Counted from the first letter of the stretch, positions 1 to 13,452 are shown. The stretch: DNA of 64,000 nt from Azolla caroliniana (GCA_043228905.1 JBHGNT010000017.1:2852001-2916000), one strand, 5' to 3'. Made by a program: numbers and translations. Notes: generated by a model not told the origin, from the sequence alone.

Positions 1-285
1 CGCCTTCAAGTAGTACAAAACTGTCATGACACATATACAACTGGGCATTTTGGTAGTACTAAAACGTTACATTTAGTACAACGATCATTCTGGTGGCCAT
101 GTATGCGACAATTTGTCCAGGATTTTGTTCGGACTTGTGATACATGCTGCAGAGCAAAAATGCCAAGGCATCATCCATATGGTTTATTAGAACCATTACC
201 AATTCCAAGCAAGCCGTGACAATCCATTGCTCTAGACTTCATCACAGATCTTCTCGTCTCTAAGGGGTTCAATGCGATTCTAACG

Positions 286-1332
286 GTGGTCGATCGATAT
301 ACGAAGATGGCTCATTTCTTGCCATGTACTAAGGAGATCTCCAGTGAAGACACTGCCGAAATTGTCATGCGTGAAGTATGTCGGCATCATGGACTTCCCG
401 CTAGTATCATCAGTGACCGTGGACCCCAGTTCGTGTCAAAATTTTGGAAGCACCTTTTTAACATGCTCAAGGTCACTTGTAACCTCTCCTCCGGCTACCA
501 CCCACAAACCGACAGCCAAGCCGAACGAACCAATCAAACGCTGGAGCAATATCTACGGTGCTTTCTCAGCTATCATCAGGATGACTGGGCAGATATTCTC
601 CACTTCGCCGAATTTGCCTATAACAACTCTATCCACGCATCCACTAAAGTTACGCCATTTTATGCTTATACGGGATGTCACCCCCGGTGGTGTGTACTTG
701 AAACCCCAGAGGTGTCCACAAATCCTTCTGCAGAGGATCGTTTGGAGAGGTTACGCAAGATACAAGTGGATTTATCTACTAATCTCCAACAAACTCAAGA
801 AACACACAAGGTTTATGCGGACCGTCATCGACTCCCATCTAGTTTTAACATTGGAGATCGGGTATGGCTACTCCGACGACACATCAAAACTACTCGCCCA
901 TGCGAGAAGTTGGATTATCGGCGATTAGGTCCTTTCCGTATTATAGGAAAGATTAATGATGTCGCTTTTCGTCTTGATCTACCTCCACAACTTCGGGTAC
1001 ATCCGGTGTTTCATAGTTCTCTCCTTGAACCCTATCAAGAGAGCACCATCCCAGGATGTATTACACAGCCTCCACCCCCGATTGAGCTTGAAGATGGACC
1101 TGAGTACGAGGTTGCCGCTATCCTTGATTCCAAGCTTGTTCGCAACAAACTCTACTATCTAGTCGATTGGCTAGGATATAGTCCCAGCAAGCGTACTTGG
1201 GAACCGATAGAGAATGTCACCAACGCTCGTGCTCTTCTTGAAGACTTTCATCGTCAATATCCAGACAAACCGGGTCCTCAATCCAAAACGACTCGTTACA
1301 CTCATCGTTTTAAAGGGGGGATAGTGTCATGA
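286..1332 (+). CDS. Retrotransposon integrase core + C-terminal chromodomain (partial pol; upstream in-frame stop near 217)
   Basis: VDRYTKMAHF, ISDRGPQF, HPQTD.Q.ER.NQ, GPF module, YEVAAILD...YYLVDWLGY...TWEP. Confidence 0.93.
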   Translation: MVDRYTKMAHFLPCTKEISSEDTAEIVMREVCRHHGLPASIISDRGPQFVSKFWKHLFNMLKVTCNLSSGYHPQTDSQAERTNQTLEQYLRCFLSYHQDDWADILHFAEFAYNNSIHASTKVTPFYAYTGCHPRWCVLETPEVSTNPSAEDRLERLRKIQVDLSTNLQQTQETHKVYADRHRLPSSFNIGDRVWLLRRHIKTTRPCEKLDYRRLGPFRIIGKINDVAFRLDLPPQLRVHPVFHSSLLEPYQESTIPGCITQPPPPIELEDGPEYEVAAILDSKLVRNKLYYLVDWLGYSPSKRTWEPIENVTNARALLEDFHRQYPDKPGPQSKTTRYTHRFKGGIVS

Positions 1333-1617
1333 TATGGCAAGACTCGAACCCATGACCTTAAGCTGCATGGGTCGAGCTCTTGCCCATTAGACTATGCATT
1401 GTAATACGTAGAATATTATTTTCATTTATGTTTTATTATAGAAAATTGATGTTTATTCCAGATTTCTCTGGAACATTCTAGAAACTTCAGGAGTATTCCT
1501 TAGAACACTATAAAAGGAGGGACAAGGCATTATTTCGAACCAAATCGGTTCAATGCCAGTCTTAAGCCTCCTAGCTACTGTACATTTTCTTCACATAATA
1601 TATATCCTTTCTTATCA

Positions 1618-1663
<46 letters not shown>

Positions 1664-1766
1664 CCTCTGACTCACTCTTTCCTTCTCTCGAGAGTTCTTC
1701 ACCTCTCTTAGTACTAATACTTCTTTTAGTACAAATTCCTTCTCTGTCTTAGTACTGTTCCTGACA
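1325..1766 (+). repeat. 3' LTR of chromovirus A (442 bp)
   Basis: TG...CA ends with TGTCA/TGACA inverted termini, immediately after the PPT; TATA at 1509; (CT)n tract. Confidence 0.88.
1341..1394 (-). promoter_or_regulatory. tRNA-like Pol III A-box/B-box module, antisense inside the LTR
   Basis: Minus strand: TAGTCTAATGG (1394-1384), 33 nt, then GGTTCGAGTC (1350-1341). Confidence 0.6.
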
Positions 1767-3256
1767 CCCACATGTGCAAACTGTATTAGTTAGGGATGCG
1801 CTATGGTGACGTAGTAGATTAACAGAGTCCTTCAGAAAACCCATCTGTACATGGTAAATGCAACAACATGTGTATCGATCCTTTAAGCGTCTCACAAAGT
1901 GTGGCTTAAGAGACTCGAATGTTCGTAGTTGAACTTTGATAGTTAGATGCATTCGTTTGAACCTAATAAATAAATCGACCTGCGTAATAAAGGGGAATTA
2001 GTTATTCTCGTAACTAGCTAACTATCCTAGTAGCTATTCTAGTAGCTAATTAGCTATCATGGTAGCTAATTAGCTGGTCTAGTAGCTAATTAGCTATCAT
2101 GGTAGCTAATTAGCTATCATGGTGGCTAATTAGCTGTCCTAGAAGCTATTTAGCTGGTCTAGTAGCTAATTAGCTATCATGGTGGCTAATTAGCTGTCCT
2201 AGTAGCTAATTAGCTAGCATGGTAGCTAATTAGCTTTCCTAGTAACTAATTAGCTATCATGGTAGAAAATTAGCTGGTCTAGTAGCTAATTAGCTATCAC
2301 GATGGTTAATTAGTTGTCCTAGTAAGCTAATTAGTTATCATGGTAGCTAATTAGCTTTCCTAGTAGCTAATTAGCTGGTAATAACGAAATAGCTAACTAG
2401 CTACCATGATAGCTAACTAGCTACCAGTACAGCTAATTATCTGGTAGTACCTAAATTAGCTATTGAGAATAGCTAATTAGCTATCATGGTAGTAGCTATT
2501 GAGAGTAGCCAGTTACCTATGTAGTAGCTATCCTAGTAGCTAACTCAGGTAAATGTAACTGATAAGCTAATTAGCTTTTCTGCTAACTGAGCTAATTAAC
2601 TTTCCGTGTAGAGTGAAAACAAATGTTGAGATAAATGTAAATACCTAAGGTACATCAAGAAGATGAATGGGATGCTCCTCGTATTGATTTCTTCCAACAC
2701 GTTTCCTGCATAAATCCTTTTTATTGGGTGAAACCCTACTCTCATTAGTCCAAAACATTGTGATTACATCCTTGATTTCAAATGTTATGGGTGTCATTGT
2801 CTTACATCTTCTAGTTAGCTTTAGTAGACTAGTTCCTTCACCCGAGGAAATTATACGGTTCATTGTATTGTACATTGTTTTTCTACTAACACCAATTACC
2901 TTAGATAGCTCACTGATGTTTATATCGTCAACATAACTATTAAGTAACATCATTAGACTAGACCTTTTTAAGACAAGATCATCTTCTGACCTGCTCATGG
3001 ATACGAAACTATTACGAAGATTATTTACTAAAATAGATGATATGTTTGCATTAAGACCATCACAATCAACTGAGTCCTTTATCGATGGATCATTACATAT
3101 TCCATAAAGTACTACCTTTTCTTCATTGCTGATGTGCTTGGTTTGAACATTGAAATAGTCTACAACCTTTCTCTCTATGATGGTAGTCGCATTACTTACA
3201 TTCTCAGCTAAACTATCCTTACCTTTACTGAGTGTGGCTTTCGTATCCTTCAACAA
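1767..3256 (-). pseudogene. Spliced Sola2-like transposase N-terminal region
   Basis: Predicted GT-AG intron 2644-1980 joins ...LLDVP(TAG, probably mutated CAG)|VDLFIRFKRMHLTIKV... in frame. Confidence 0.55.
1995..2600. repeat. Tandem array of the palindromic TAGCTAATTAGCTA motif (~20-bp period)
   Basis: Directly visible; lies inside the predicted intron; the motif recurs at ~4610-4645 near the element end. Confidence 0.9.
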
Positions 3257-3724
3257 TTAACGATGTTTCCTTTTTTTTTCTGCCCAATAGTTTCGTATGG
3301 CTTGTTGTGTCCTGATAGCATCATCCCTATCCTTATGATCATTGAGGGGTAATTCTAAACACCCTTCTTCCCCTTCCATTTGGCTGGACATGTTAAAACC
3401 CTAAATTTCCAGAAAAAAAAACAAGTATTTAAGATGGCTATGGGCAACAACAATACACAAAAATATTCCACAATACACAAGATTAGACACAACAATACAC
3501 AAGATAACCAATAGACAGAAAAGTTATTGCAATCCAAGACCGAACAGTAGAGGAGTTCACTCCGTTGGATCGAACAGTTGAGGAGGCGATCCAAGACCGA
3601 CCAATGGCGACAACTGAGTGTAGAATGTTGTCGTTGGATGAGTGAACTCCGTCAAATAGAAATTTGGAAGCAATTCGGGACTGGACAGTAGCGGCAACTG
3701 AGTGTAGAATGATGGCAATGGAGG

Positions 3725-4316
3725 AGAGAACCCCGTCAGATTGAACAGTTACTGATGATGCTTGGAACGCACAGAGAAGGCACCTGAGAGTAGAGTGGCA
3801 CACAGTAGAGAACCCCGTCAGATTGAACAGTTACCAATGATGCTTGGAACGCACAGTAGCGGCCCCTAAGTGTAGAGTGGCACAGAGAAGAGAACCCTGT
3901 CAGATTGAACAGCTCTTTAATGATGCTTGGAACTCACAGTAGCGGCCCCTGAGTATAGAGTGGCAAAGAGAAGAGAACCCCGTCAGATTGAACAGCTCTT
4001 TGATGATGCTTGGAACGCACAGTAGCGGCCCCTGAGTGTAGAGTGGCACAGAGAAGAGAACCCCGTCAGATTGAAAAGCTCTTTGATGATTCTTGGAACG
4101 CACAGTAGCGGCCCCTGAGTGTAGAGTGGCACAAAGAAGTGTAGAGTGGCACAAAGAAGAGAACCCCATCAGATTGAACAACTCTTTGATGATGCTTGGA
4201 ATGCACAGTAGTGGCCCCTGAGTGTAGAGTGTCACAGAGAAGAGAATCCCGTCAGATTGAGCAGCTCTTTGATGATGCTTGGAACGCACAGTAGTGGCCC
4301 CTTAGTGTAGAGTGGC
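3725..4316. repeat. 83-bp tandem repeat (~7 copies; degenerate copies back to ~3530)
   Basis: Unit gagaagagaaccccgtcagattgaac...gagtggcaca starts at 3968 and 4051. Confidence 0.9.
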
Positions 4317-4655
4317 GGCAGGTGGACTCGATAAGGTTTAACAATAGTGGTAGCAACTAACCCACAATACTCAACTAGAGATGGCCTACGTGATGTGGCA
4401 AAGGATCATGCATAATGGACCTAGGAATTCGATATATAATTTATGGTACACATTTATGGTGCACACATCAATTTATGTTGCACATTTATGGCACTCATTT
4501 ACATATGTAATTAAAACACTCTAGTATTTTCAATGGTAGTTTTTTGCATACTTAATTTATTAATGATGGCTTTTTACTAAAATGACTATTTATCAATGGT
4601 AGCTTTTTGCATAGCTAATTAGCTATGTCAAGGACATAGCTAATTGTTTCCACTC

Positions 4656-6305
4656 GCATGCTTTCACCCATGTCAAAATCGGACAACTCCGTCTACATAC
4701 GAAGCGATTCCGCAAGTCTGATCGTCATCATCTTATATGTGGATGACCTAGTCATTGGAGGTGAGCATCTCGTCGAAATCAATCAGGTCAAATCCCTCCT
4801 TTTCGACAAGTTCGAGATGACGGACATGAAGGAGCTCCACTACTTCCTCGGCATCGAGGTAATTCGGACTCCGGCCGGAATCATGATCTCTCAACGACAC
4901 TACATCCTCAACTTGTTATACAAGTTTGGGATGGCTGAGTGCAAATCTGCGGTAACCCCGCTCGATCGCAATCTCAAACTCGATGCGAACTCCGGCACCA
5001 AAGCGTGTGAGCCGACTCAGTATCGACAACTCATCAGGAGTCTCATCTACCTCACGATCACACGACCCAATCTCAGTTATCTGGTCGGTCTCCTTAGCCA
5101 ATTCATGCAAACACCGCATGATACTCACTTGGATTGCGCTAAGCGAGTTCTATGCTACGTGAGCAGCACAATGGATTGCGACATCCTCTACAAGACCGCG
5201 ATGCCAATACGATTCGAGGGGTACACTGACGCCGATTGGGCCGACTACAAAGCTGATAGAAGATCAACCTCCGGATTTGTTTTCTCGCTCGGCAGCCTAG
5301 CAATATCTTGGAGTATCAAGAAGCAGCCTATCGTCGCTCTTTCGAGTACGGAGGCAAAATACAGGGGCGCAGCCGTAGCTGCGTGTGAAGCGGTATGGCT
5401 CAAGAGGATTTGGGCGTACCCATCAAGGATCCGACTTCCCTTTACTGCTACAACATAAGCAGTATCTATCTGGCTCGGAACCCGGTGTCCCACGCGCGGA
5501 CAAAGCACATCGAAGTGCACTATCACTTCATCCGAGAGCGCATTCTGACTGGCGATGTCGACCTACAACACATTAGCACCAATCTTCAAACGGCCGACAT
5601 CTTCACTAAAGCCTTAGGAGCCGACAAGCTATGGCAATTCATGACCGATCTCGGATTGACGATCCCTGACCTGCCAAGCTTGAGGGGGAGTACTGAAGAC
5701 ACTACGCAATAACGCGTGGATTCCGCAACCACGCAACGAAGCAACGAAGAGCTGATCTACTGCGCAAAGCCGCAAAGAAAGACGCAAGCTGGAGCACGAA
5801 TTCCGCAACTGCGTATAAAGTGAGCCGACCGAGTCGACGCGGACTCCGGAACGCAAGTTGAAGGGGATTTCGGATACCGTCTGAAACCCACCCGACTTGA
5901 GCTTGAGAGGGCGTGTTGAGAATCAAGCTCAACTTGGTCTAGTGTGTGAACTCACCTTGAGAGTGAATAGACACTCCAACGGTCAAGAGTCACCATTAAG
6001 TCACCTCTTTGTATTCTAGCATTTAGTATGAGTCATAAAATCATATTCTATGACACATAACTTATGAGCTTTCACATTCCCCATGCTCCATGAGCCTTGT
6101 AGTTAATGAAGAGAGAGGGTGACTACATAAAGCACCCTCCTCCCACCTTGTATAGTGTTGAGTCTTTCTCCTTTGTTAATATAATCTACCGTGTGTATTC
6201 TCTGTGTTATTCCTTGTCTCTCTCTCTCACTCACTCTCGCTCTCATACACACACATAACTCATATCTCTTCTGCTTCACAAGAATCCATCTCTTGATTCT
6301 TTACA
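4656..6305 (+). mobile_element. Ty1/copia family C, 3' part (RT-RNase H, PPT, 3' LTR 5914-6305)
   Basis: YVDD, ITRPNLSY, GYTDADW, RTKHIEVHYHF (frameshifted); LTR TGTTGAGAATC...TTTACA, homologous to 26775-27162 and 29198-29575. Confidence 0.92.
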
Positions 6306-7445
6306 GGATCAACAACAATGCCATCCCGACTAACGATGTGACCTAGTAACGTTCCACTGGTTAGATTCAAGTTGAGCTGAGTCATTCAACATTTCTTTAA
6401 ACAGAGATATAAATGCTCTATATGATCATTTTTTCTACTATAAACAACAAAATCATCAACAAATACTTGCATAAAAGTTGGAATGTATTCTGAAAATATT
6501 TGGATTATAATTCTCTAGAACGTTGTTGGCATCATCTTTAGTCCGAACATCATGACTATTGCGACAAATACACCCCATTTGCTGACAAATGCCATATTCT
6601 CTTGGTCATTCAGATGCATTCAAATATGATTGTAGCCATTAAACCCGTCCATTTTTCTAGAATCTACACAGACCCTGATTTTACCATTTTTCTTGGGTAC
6701 CATGAATATTGGACTACGCCAAGTAGCCTTTTTTAATGGATTGATGAATCCAACTTTTAACAGTTTGTCAATTTCTTCCTTCACTCAAACTACGTAGTTG
6801 GGATTTAGTCGATATCGTCGTTGCTGCATTGGTTTGGCCTCTTTGTTAAGGTGAATTTGGTGTTGACACAATGCTGGGTCCAACCCTTTAATGTTTTCAA
6901 ACGACCACACAAACACATCTTTATATTGGCGTACTAGATTTACTAGCTTAGTTTTGTCGTTTGGCGGCATGTCCTTATCTATGAGCACCATCTTTTGCTC
7001 ACTGTCCTCTCCTACAAGATTAAGTTCCTCCAGTGTTGAAGTTTCTACCCTTTGTGATACTTGCATTTCCCTTTCTATTGCCTCTTGCTGATACTAAAAT
7101 TCTTTCAAGGATTTAGGATCTTTGTGATGGATTTGCTCATCTGTACCAAGATTTTCATTACTCATGTAAGGGTTGATGACTTCCACTCCATCATTTTTGA
7201 ACAATGGTATAATTCTTGGATTTTCCTCCAGATATTACACGATTTCATTGTTTTCTAAGCCTTCCATCATATTTATTGATTCGGCATACAATGGTATTAA
7301 TTCATTCTTCGTTAAAATTTTTTCTTGAGTGGAGACTCGTACCTTCACTTTGCCTCTTGGGAATGAAATGACATTTTTCTGCCAATTTTGCTTTATATTG
7401 GCCGTTTTCAGCCATGTTTGGCCTAGTAGTAATGGGTATGCACCT

Positions 7446-7621
7446 GGTGCCTCTAGCTTTAGCAATACCGCCAATATCTGGAACATATGTTCACCAATTG
7501 ATAATTCTAACTATCAAATCAATCCCAATGGTCGGTGCCTCTAGCTTTAGCAATACCGCCGATATCTGGAACATATGTTCACCAATCGATATTTCTAACT
7601 ATCAAATCAATCCTAATGGTC
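7446..7621. repeat. 88-bp direct tandem duplication within the gypsy protease region
   Basis: ggtgcctctagctttagcaatacc...aatggtc occurs at 7446-7533 and again at 7534-7621. Confidence 0.85.
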
Positions 7622-7794
7622 GTATTGAACTTGTATAAGCCATTCTTAGCCAAAACGGGCACACCTCCTAGTCCGTAATTCCCAGTCAATCATAGCTTGT
7701 TTTGTTTATGACATTTACTCCTGACCCTCCCGATCCACCATCTACGATGGTATGGGAAATCTGTTGGCCTCGTATGATGACCTTTATTGAAGGA

Positions 7795-10700
7795 TGTAGA
7801 AAGTAGCGTGCGGAAGCAGGTATGAAGACCGAACAGAAGGGAGGAAACTCAGGTCTAATGGAGAGCTTGGGCTTACACGGTATACGCAGGAGAGACAGAG
7901 AGAGAGAAAGCAGAAAAACTATATTCAATAATAATACTCAGTCTGTACATAAGACGTGCTCAGTGAACACTTTTATACAAGTCCTGGAAGGACTGACCGA
8001 AGTACTGACAGTACTTCAATGCTCATTAAGAGCTCCTACACTAACTCCCAAATATATTCCTCACGGAATATCTTTCCTATCGACCTCTCGGTTTATGCAC
8101 TCGGCCTAACCGATCGGTCCCAACCGATCCCGTCCTCGGCTTCTTCAACCGATCTAGCCGATGTTGAGCTTGTCTCTCAACACTCCCCCTCAAGCTCAAC
8201 TTGAGGCTCTTCGGGATCTTCACAGCGCTGGTTCCTCCTGGCTTCTCGCCTTGCTTGCGCTCCTTGACCTGTTCGACTACGCGTGCTTCGACCCTTCCGG
8301 TCGGCTTGTCTGCTCATGTGGCCCTCATCAGCTCTTCTGCTGTTGCGGTGTCGACACTTGTTCTGCCGCCTTTTCTTCCGCTTGGGCCTCGGTTGACTCA
8401 ACGTGTCTGAATCAAACATCCGAACCGATTCGGCTACCTCCGATCGGTTTTCGCTCTCGTCCGAGTTGGCTGTCTCCAACTCATCTTCAGTCTTCTCGCC
8501 CTCGATGGCGTCGTCTCCCCTATGCGTGGTTGGCTTCGGTTCTCTCCTTCGGCTGCTCCCCTTCTGTCCTCTTCCGAACTTTTCCGCGGGTCCGCCCTCG
8601 GCTTCTTTAGCTGATCCGATGTCGAACTTGTCAACCGACTCGGTGTCGCGGTGCCCGCTCCTTTCCTGCTGCCTTGCTTGGTCATTCGGGACTGTTCTCC
8701 CCCTCAAGTTCAGCACGTCAAGGTGACGCAACCCGAGTGCACCTGAGAATTGCCGCAACTTGTCCAGACCAAGAGTCTTGGTGAAGATGTCGGCAGTCTG
8801 CCGATCCGTCGGAACGTACTGAAGTTCGGCTTCACCGGAAAGGACACGCTCACGGATGAAATGGTAGTGCACCTCAATGTGCTTGGTCCGTGCGTGGAAG
8901 ACGGGGTTTTTCGCGAGTTGGATGCTGTTGAGGTTGTCGCAGTAGATCGTCGTTGGATCTGACACTTCCTCTTGCAGGTCCTTAAGTAGCCGCTTCAACC
9001 ATATGGCTTCGCATGTCGCTACAGCCGCTCCTCGATACTCAGCTTCGGTGCTCGACAGTGCAACTGTCGGCTGCTTCTTATTGCTCCACGCGATCGCGGC
9101 ACTCCCGAGGGAGAACGCGTATCCAGATGTGGATCGGCGATCGGCGGCATTGCCAGCCCAATCAGCATCGGTGTAGCCGACTAACTGCGCGGCTGCACCG
9201 GTCCGATATAGCAGTCCGCAGTCCTTAGTGCCATTGACATACCGAAGTATGCGTTGCGCACACTGAAGGTGTTCCTCGGTAGGTCGCGCCATCAACTGAC
9301 TGATCACTCCGACCGGATAACTGAGGTCCGGTCTGGTGATGGTCAAGTATATGAGGCTTCCGACAATTTGGCGAAACCTCGTCGGGTCTCATACCTTTCC
9401 CGTATCGGGGCGAAGCTTGATGGTTCTGTCCAGAGTCGAGACGGACTTACAGTCGGCCATCCCGAATTTGAAGAGCATACTCAGCACGTAATGACGTTGG
9501 CTGATCAATATGCCTTCGGGGGTACAGATCACTTCGATCCCGAGGAAGTAATGAAGGTCCCCCAGATCCTTCATGTCGAACGATGCCGCAAGCTGGAGCT
9601 TCACGCGGTCGATTTCACCGAGGTCGGTGCCGGTGATGACCAAGTCATCAACATATAGTAAAATACTAACCGGTCCGAGTCGACCTTTTCGGATGAACAT
9701 GGAAGAGTCCGATTTTGACGTGACGAAGCCCATCCGACGCAGTTGTTGCGTGATCTTTGCGTTCCAGGCATGCGGGGCTTGTTTCAGTCCGTAGAGGGAC
9801 TTCTTTAGTCTGCATACTACCGAGGAGTTCGTTCCGGAGTGAAAACCGGGGGTTGTACCATGTACACGTGTTCCTCAAGGTTACCTTGCAGGAACGCATT
9901 CTTTACATCCATCTGATGTAAGTGCCACCCCTTCGCCACAGCTACTGCGAGCAAAACACGGACGGTCGTCATTTTCGCGACCAGCGCAAACGTCTCATCG
10001 TAGTCGATGTCGTGTTTCTGCGCGTAGCCCTTTGCCACCAGCCGAGCCTTGTACCAGTTGACCGAGCCATTGGTGTTGTACTTGACCTTGTACACCCACC
10101 TACACCCGATCGGCTTCACACCCTTCGGTGCGTCAACCAGGTCCCAGGTCTCGTTCTCCGCTAATGCGTGCATCTCTACCTCCATCGCGGCACGCCAATT
10201 CGCGTCCTTCGCCGCTTCTGCGTAGCTCTCCGGCTCACGCACTTCCGCTACATGGGTCATGTACACATAATGATGCGCCATGTACTCGTTGTATCCGAAC
10301 CGCAAAACAGGATTCTTCTGGCGGGTAGATCGGTGTAATCTCACATTAGCCGATGTCGAGGCCTTCTCGGTCGACGCGGTCTTCACCTTCAAAGACCCGT
10401 CACCGGTTCCCTCGGAGTCGGACTCGCGTCGGTCTGACTCGTTCCTTTCCGTGCCGGAATCCGACACCTTCTTCTTCCCTTTCTCTTTGCGCGTAAGCCG
10501 TCTCCTCGGCTTCCTGCGTGGGGAATGCACGGCCGAGTCTCCACTACTCGCCGGCTCTTCATCGGACTGGTCGTACCGACTCAGTCGTCCAATCGGTCCA
10601 CTTAACCGGAGTGAAATCGGACTCTCTTCGCGGGTCTCGATTTCGGGCTCATCCAGAGGCATCTCAGCCTCGCTGACCTCATCGTCAGAGCTCGGATTGG

Positions 10701-13452
10701 AGTTGGGGTTCGGAGTCGGGGGCTGGTACTAGGACGCGGACTCATCAAACACAACGTCACGTTGACACGCGCTTGTTTGGTGCGAGGGTTATAGCACTTA
10801 TATCCCTTCTGCTCGTCCGAGTAACCGACCAAGATGCATTTCTCGGCCTTTGCGTCCAGCTTCCTCCTTTTCTCCTTGGGTACATGCACATACGCAATGC
10901 TACCGAACACCCTCAAGTGTTGCAAGTTCGGCTTCGTTCCGAAATATAGCTCGTGCGCCGACACTTTGTCTCCGATCCGGTTTTGGATGTATACCGCGGT
11001 CCTTACCGCCTCGGCCCAGTAGAACTTGGGCAAGCTCTTCTCCTCCAGCATTGCCCGTGCCGCTTCCACAACTGACCGATTCTTCCTCTCGGCCACGCCG
11101 TTCTGCTCTAGCATGTATCTACGACTGAATTCGCGCCGAATTCCCATTTGTTGTAGATAACCGTTGAATTGACCGGAAAAGTACTCTTTCCCGCCATCTG
11201 ACCGCAGACACTTGATCTTCCGTCCCGTTTCCATTTCCACGAACCCTTTGAGGTCCCGGAAACAGTCGAAGACATCGCTCTTCCTCTCAATGAGGTAGAT
11301 CCACGTGTGCCGCGTGTGGTCGTCGATGAAGGAGACGAAATATCGGCTCCAGCCAAGACTAATGTTTTGTGCCGGACCCCATACATCGGAGTGTATAAGG
11401 TCAAGCTTATTCCGGCTCCGATTTCGCTCGTTGGGGAAAGGAAGTCGGTGTTGCTTCCCGAGCTGGCAGGCTTCACAAATTTGTGCCTTTCGGCCACTAA
11501 ATTTGGGCAATCCGAATACTACCTGTTTCGATTGCAGATCTTGAAGCCGTTGGTGGTTGACGTGGCCTATCTGCTTGTGCCACAAATCGATGTCTGACTC
11601 GGTCTTTTGTCCCTTCGCGAACATTGCGGTGCCACTGTCAGTGGAGTCGAGGATGAACATCCTCCCGTCTCTGTGCCCTTGCGCAATCACACGGCCTTCT
11701 TCCTCAATGAAGCACCCGAGGTGTGTAAACCAAACCTCCATCCCTTGGTCGACGATCTGTCCGACCGAGACCAAGTTTTTCGTGATTGTCGGAACGTGCA
11801 GCACGTTCATGAGCTTCCCTTTCTGCCCGACATGGCTAAGGGGAACTTCTCCGACATTCGCGATCGGATGCAGAGTGTCGTCTCCTGTTGCGACTACTCC
11901 AGGTTGTATCGGTTTTTCCAGGTACGAGAACCACTCCTTATGGCTCATCATGTGGTTTGACGCGCCGGAGTCTACGTACCACACCTCGTCCGATCTCGGG
12001 GTGCTCTGCTTCATTGAGTTTGCTTCGTGTCTCGTCACGGAGACAGACCCTTCTCCAGCTCTCCCAGAGTGTTTGGCGTAGTGCGATCGGTGCCGATTTC
12101 CCTTGTGGGTATGTCCGTAGCCGTTTCCGGAACCGGTTCTCTCCGAATCGGCACGCTTCTTCCAGCACTCACTTTCCCTGTGGCCTTTCTTACCACAGTA
12201 CCAGCACTCCGCGATGGCCTTCCCTTGCCGGTTCTCATCGCTTCGACTCCCCCTGTTTCCGGGGGGTCCGGAGTTGCTGTCGGCATCACTTCGGTGCCTT
12301 CTTCCTTGATCTTGTCGGCCGCCTTCATTGCGCCCCGACTCGCCTCATCCTCCACGTCCACGAGGCCTATCTCCCTCCGTGTACAACATTCTGCTGTCGG
12401 CGTGCGTGCTTGTAGACGCACCCGCGTGGTTCTCCTCTACCAGGAGCATCGACTGTAAGTCGAAAAAGGACGACGTATTCTCCCAGGTACACACAGCCGT
12501 TCGGAACGCTCCGAACTTCGACGCCAAACCTCCGAGACAGATCTGGACCATCTCACTCTCCTCGATGTTCACCTCTATGGAGGCGAGGGAGTCGCAGATA
12601 TCCTTGATCTTCGAGGTATAGTCCGCCACCGACAAATCGCGTTGTCGTAGGTTGCTCAACTCCTGTCGGAGCTGAAGCTTCCTGGCTGTGGTGCTCGTAG
12701 CGAAAATTTTCTTCAGATTTTCCCACGCACCCTTCGGCGTCTTTGCATCCCGAACATAGCTCAATAGTTGTTCGCCCACACACGACGCGAAGCAGTATAA
12801 TACCCTGCTCGCCGATTGCTCCCAGGACGGGAAGTCTCTGTGTGTCGATTCGGGTGCCGCATCATTAGCTCCTTCGACATAACTCCAGTAACCGTGTCCG
12901 AGCAGGTACTGGTGCATCTTGTAGGACCAAGACGCGTAGTTGGTTCTGTCGAGCTTCTTTGATGGAAGCGAGCTCGCCATGCCTCTATCCATCGTTCTTC
13001 CTTTTCTTCTTCGTCAAGCTGTGTCGGTTGCAGAGAGGTTCTCAACCCTCACGCTCTGATACCATGTAGAAAGTAGCGTGCGGAAGCAGGTATGAAGACC
13101 GAACAGAAGGGAGGAAACTCAGGTCTAATGGAGAGCTTGGGCTTACACGGTATACGCAGGAGAGACAGAGAGAGAGAAAGCAGAAAAACTATATTCAATA
13201 ATAATACTCAGTCTGTACATAAGACGTGCTCAGTGAACACTTTTATACAAGTCCTAGAAGGACTGACCGAAGTACTGACAGTACTTCAATGCTCATTAAG
13301 AGCTCCTACACTAACTCCCAAATATATTCCTCACGGAATATCTTTCCTATCGACCTCTCGGTTTACGCAGTCGGCCTAACCGATCGGTCCCAACCGATCC
13401 GGTCCTCGGCTTCTTCAGCCGATCCGGCCGATGTTGAGCTTGTCTCTCAACA
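7795..13452 (-). mobile_element. Full-length Ty1/copia B1 (LTRs 7795-8182 and 13065-13452, TSD AAGGA)
   Basis: 388-bp LTRs with 7 substitutions counted by eye; PBS TGGTATCAGAGC (Met-i) 13064-13053; PPT at ~8183-8195; AAGGA on both flanks. Confidence 0.97.
8177..12992 (-). pseudogene. Copia gag-pol polyprotein (gag, PR, INT, RT, RH), broken by frameshifts and stops
   Basis: ORFs 12345-12992 (gag), 10602-12038 (VDSGASNH, HSDVWGP, RSDGGKEY), 9817-10662, 9389-9733 (YVDD), 8177-9346 (RNase H plus charged tail). Confidence 0.93.

Larger units (their letters stand above)
1..1766 (+). mobile_element. Ty3/gypsy chromovirus (Tcn1-like), 3' part: integrase-chromodomain, PPT and 3' LTR
   Basis: Integrase core and chromodomain in ORF 286-1332; PPT aaaggggggga at ~1311-1321; LTR TGTCA...TGACA 1325-1766. 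The 5' part lies outside the window. Confidence 0.93.
1767..4655 (-). mobile_element. Sola2-like DNA transposon, 5' part (cut by chromovirus A)
   Basis: Motifs FW...SR.SP.KKD...H.I.LL and FESLKP.FV...RYTCCC.YH in ORFs 2645-3256 and 1749-1952; candidate terminus 5'-GAGTGG.. at 4655 on the minus strand (Sola2 ends start GRG). Confidence 0.6.

Noticed and set aside
3725-4316. CRISPR-like regular repeats (also 1995-2600 and 31832-32165)
   Set aside because: Head-to-tail repeats without unique spacers, no cas genes, eukaryotic context.
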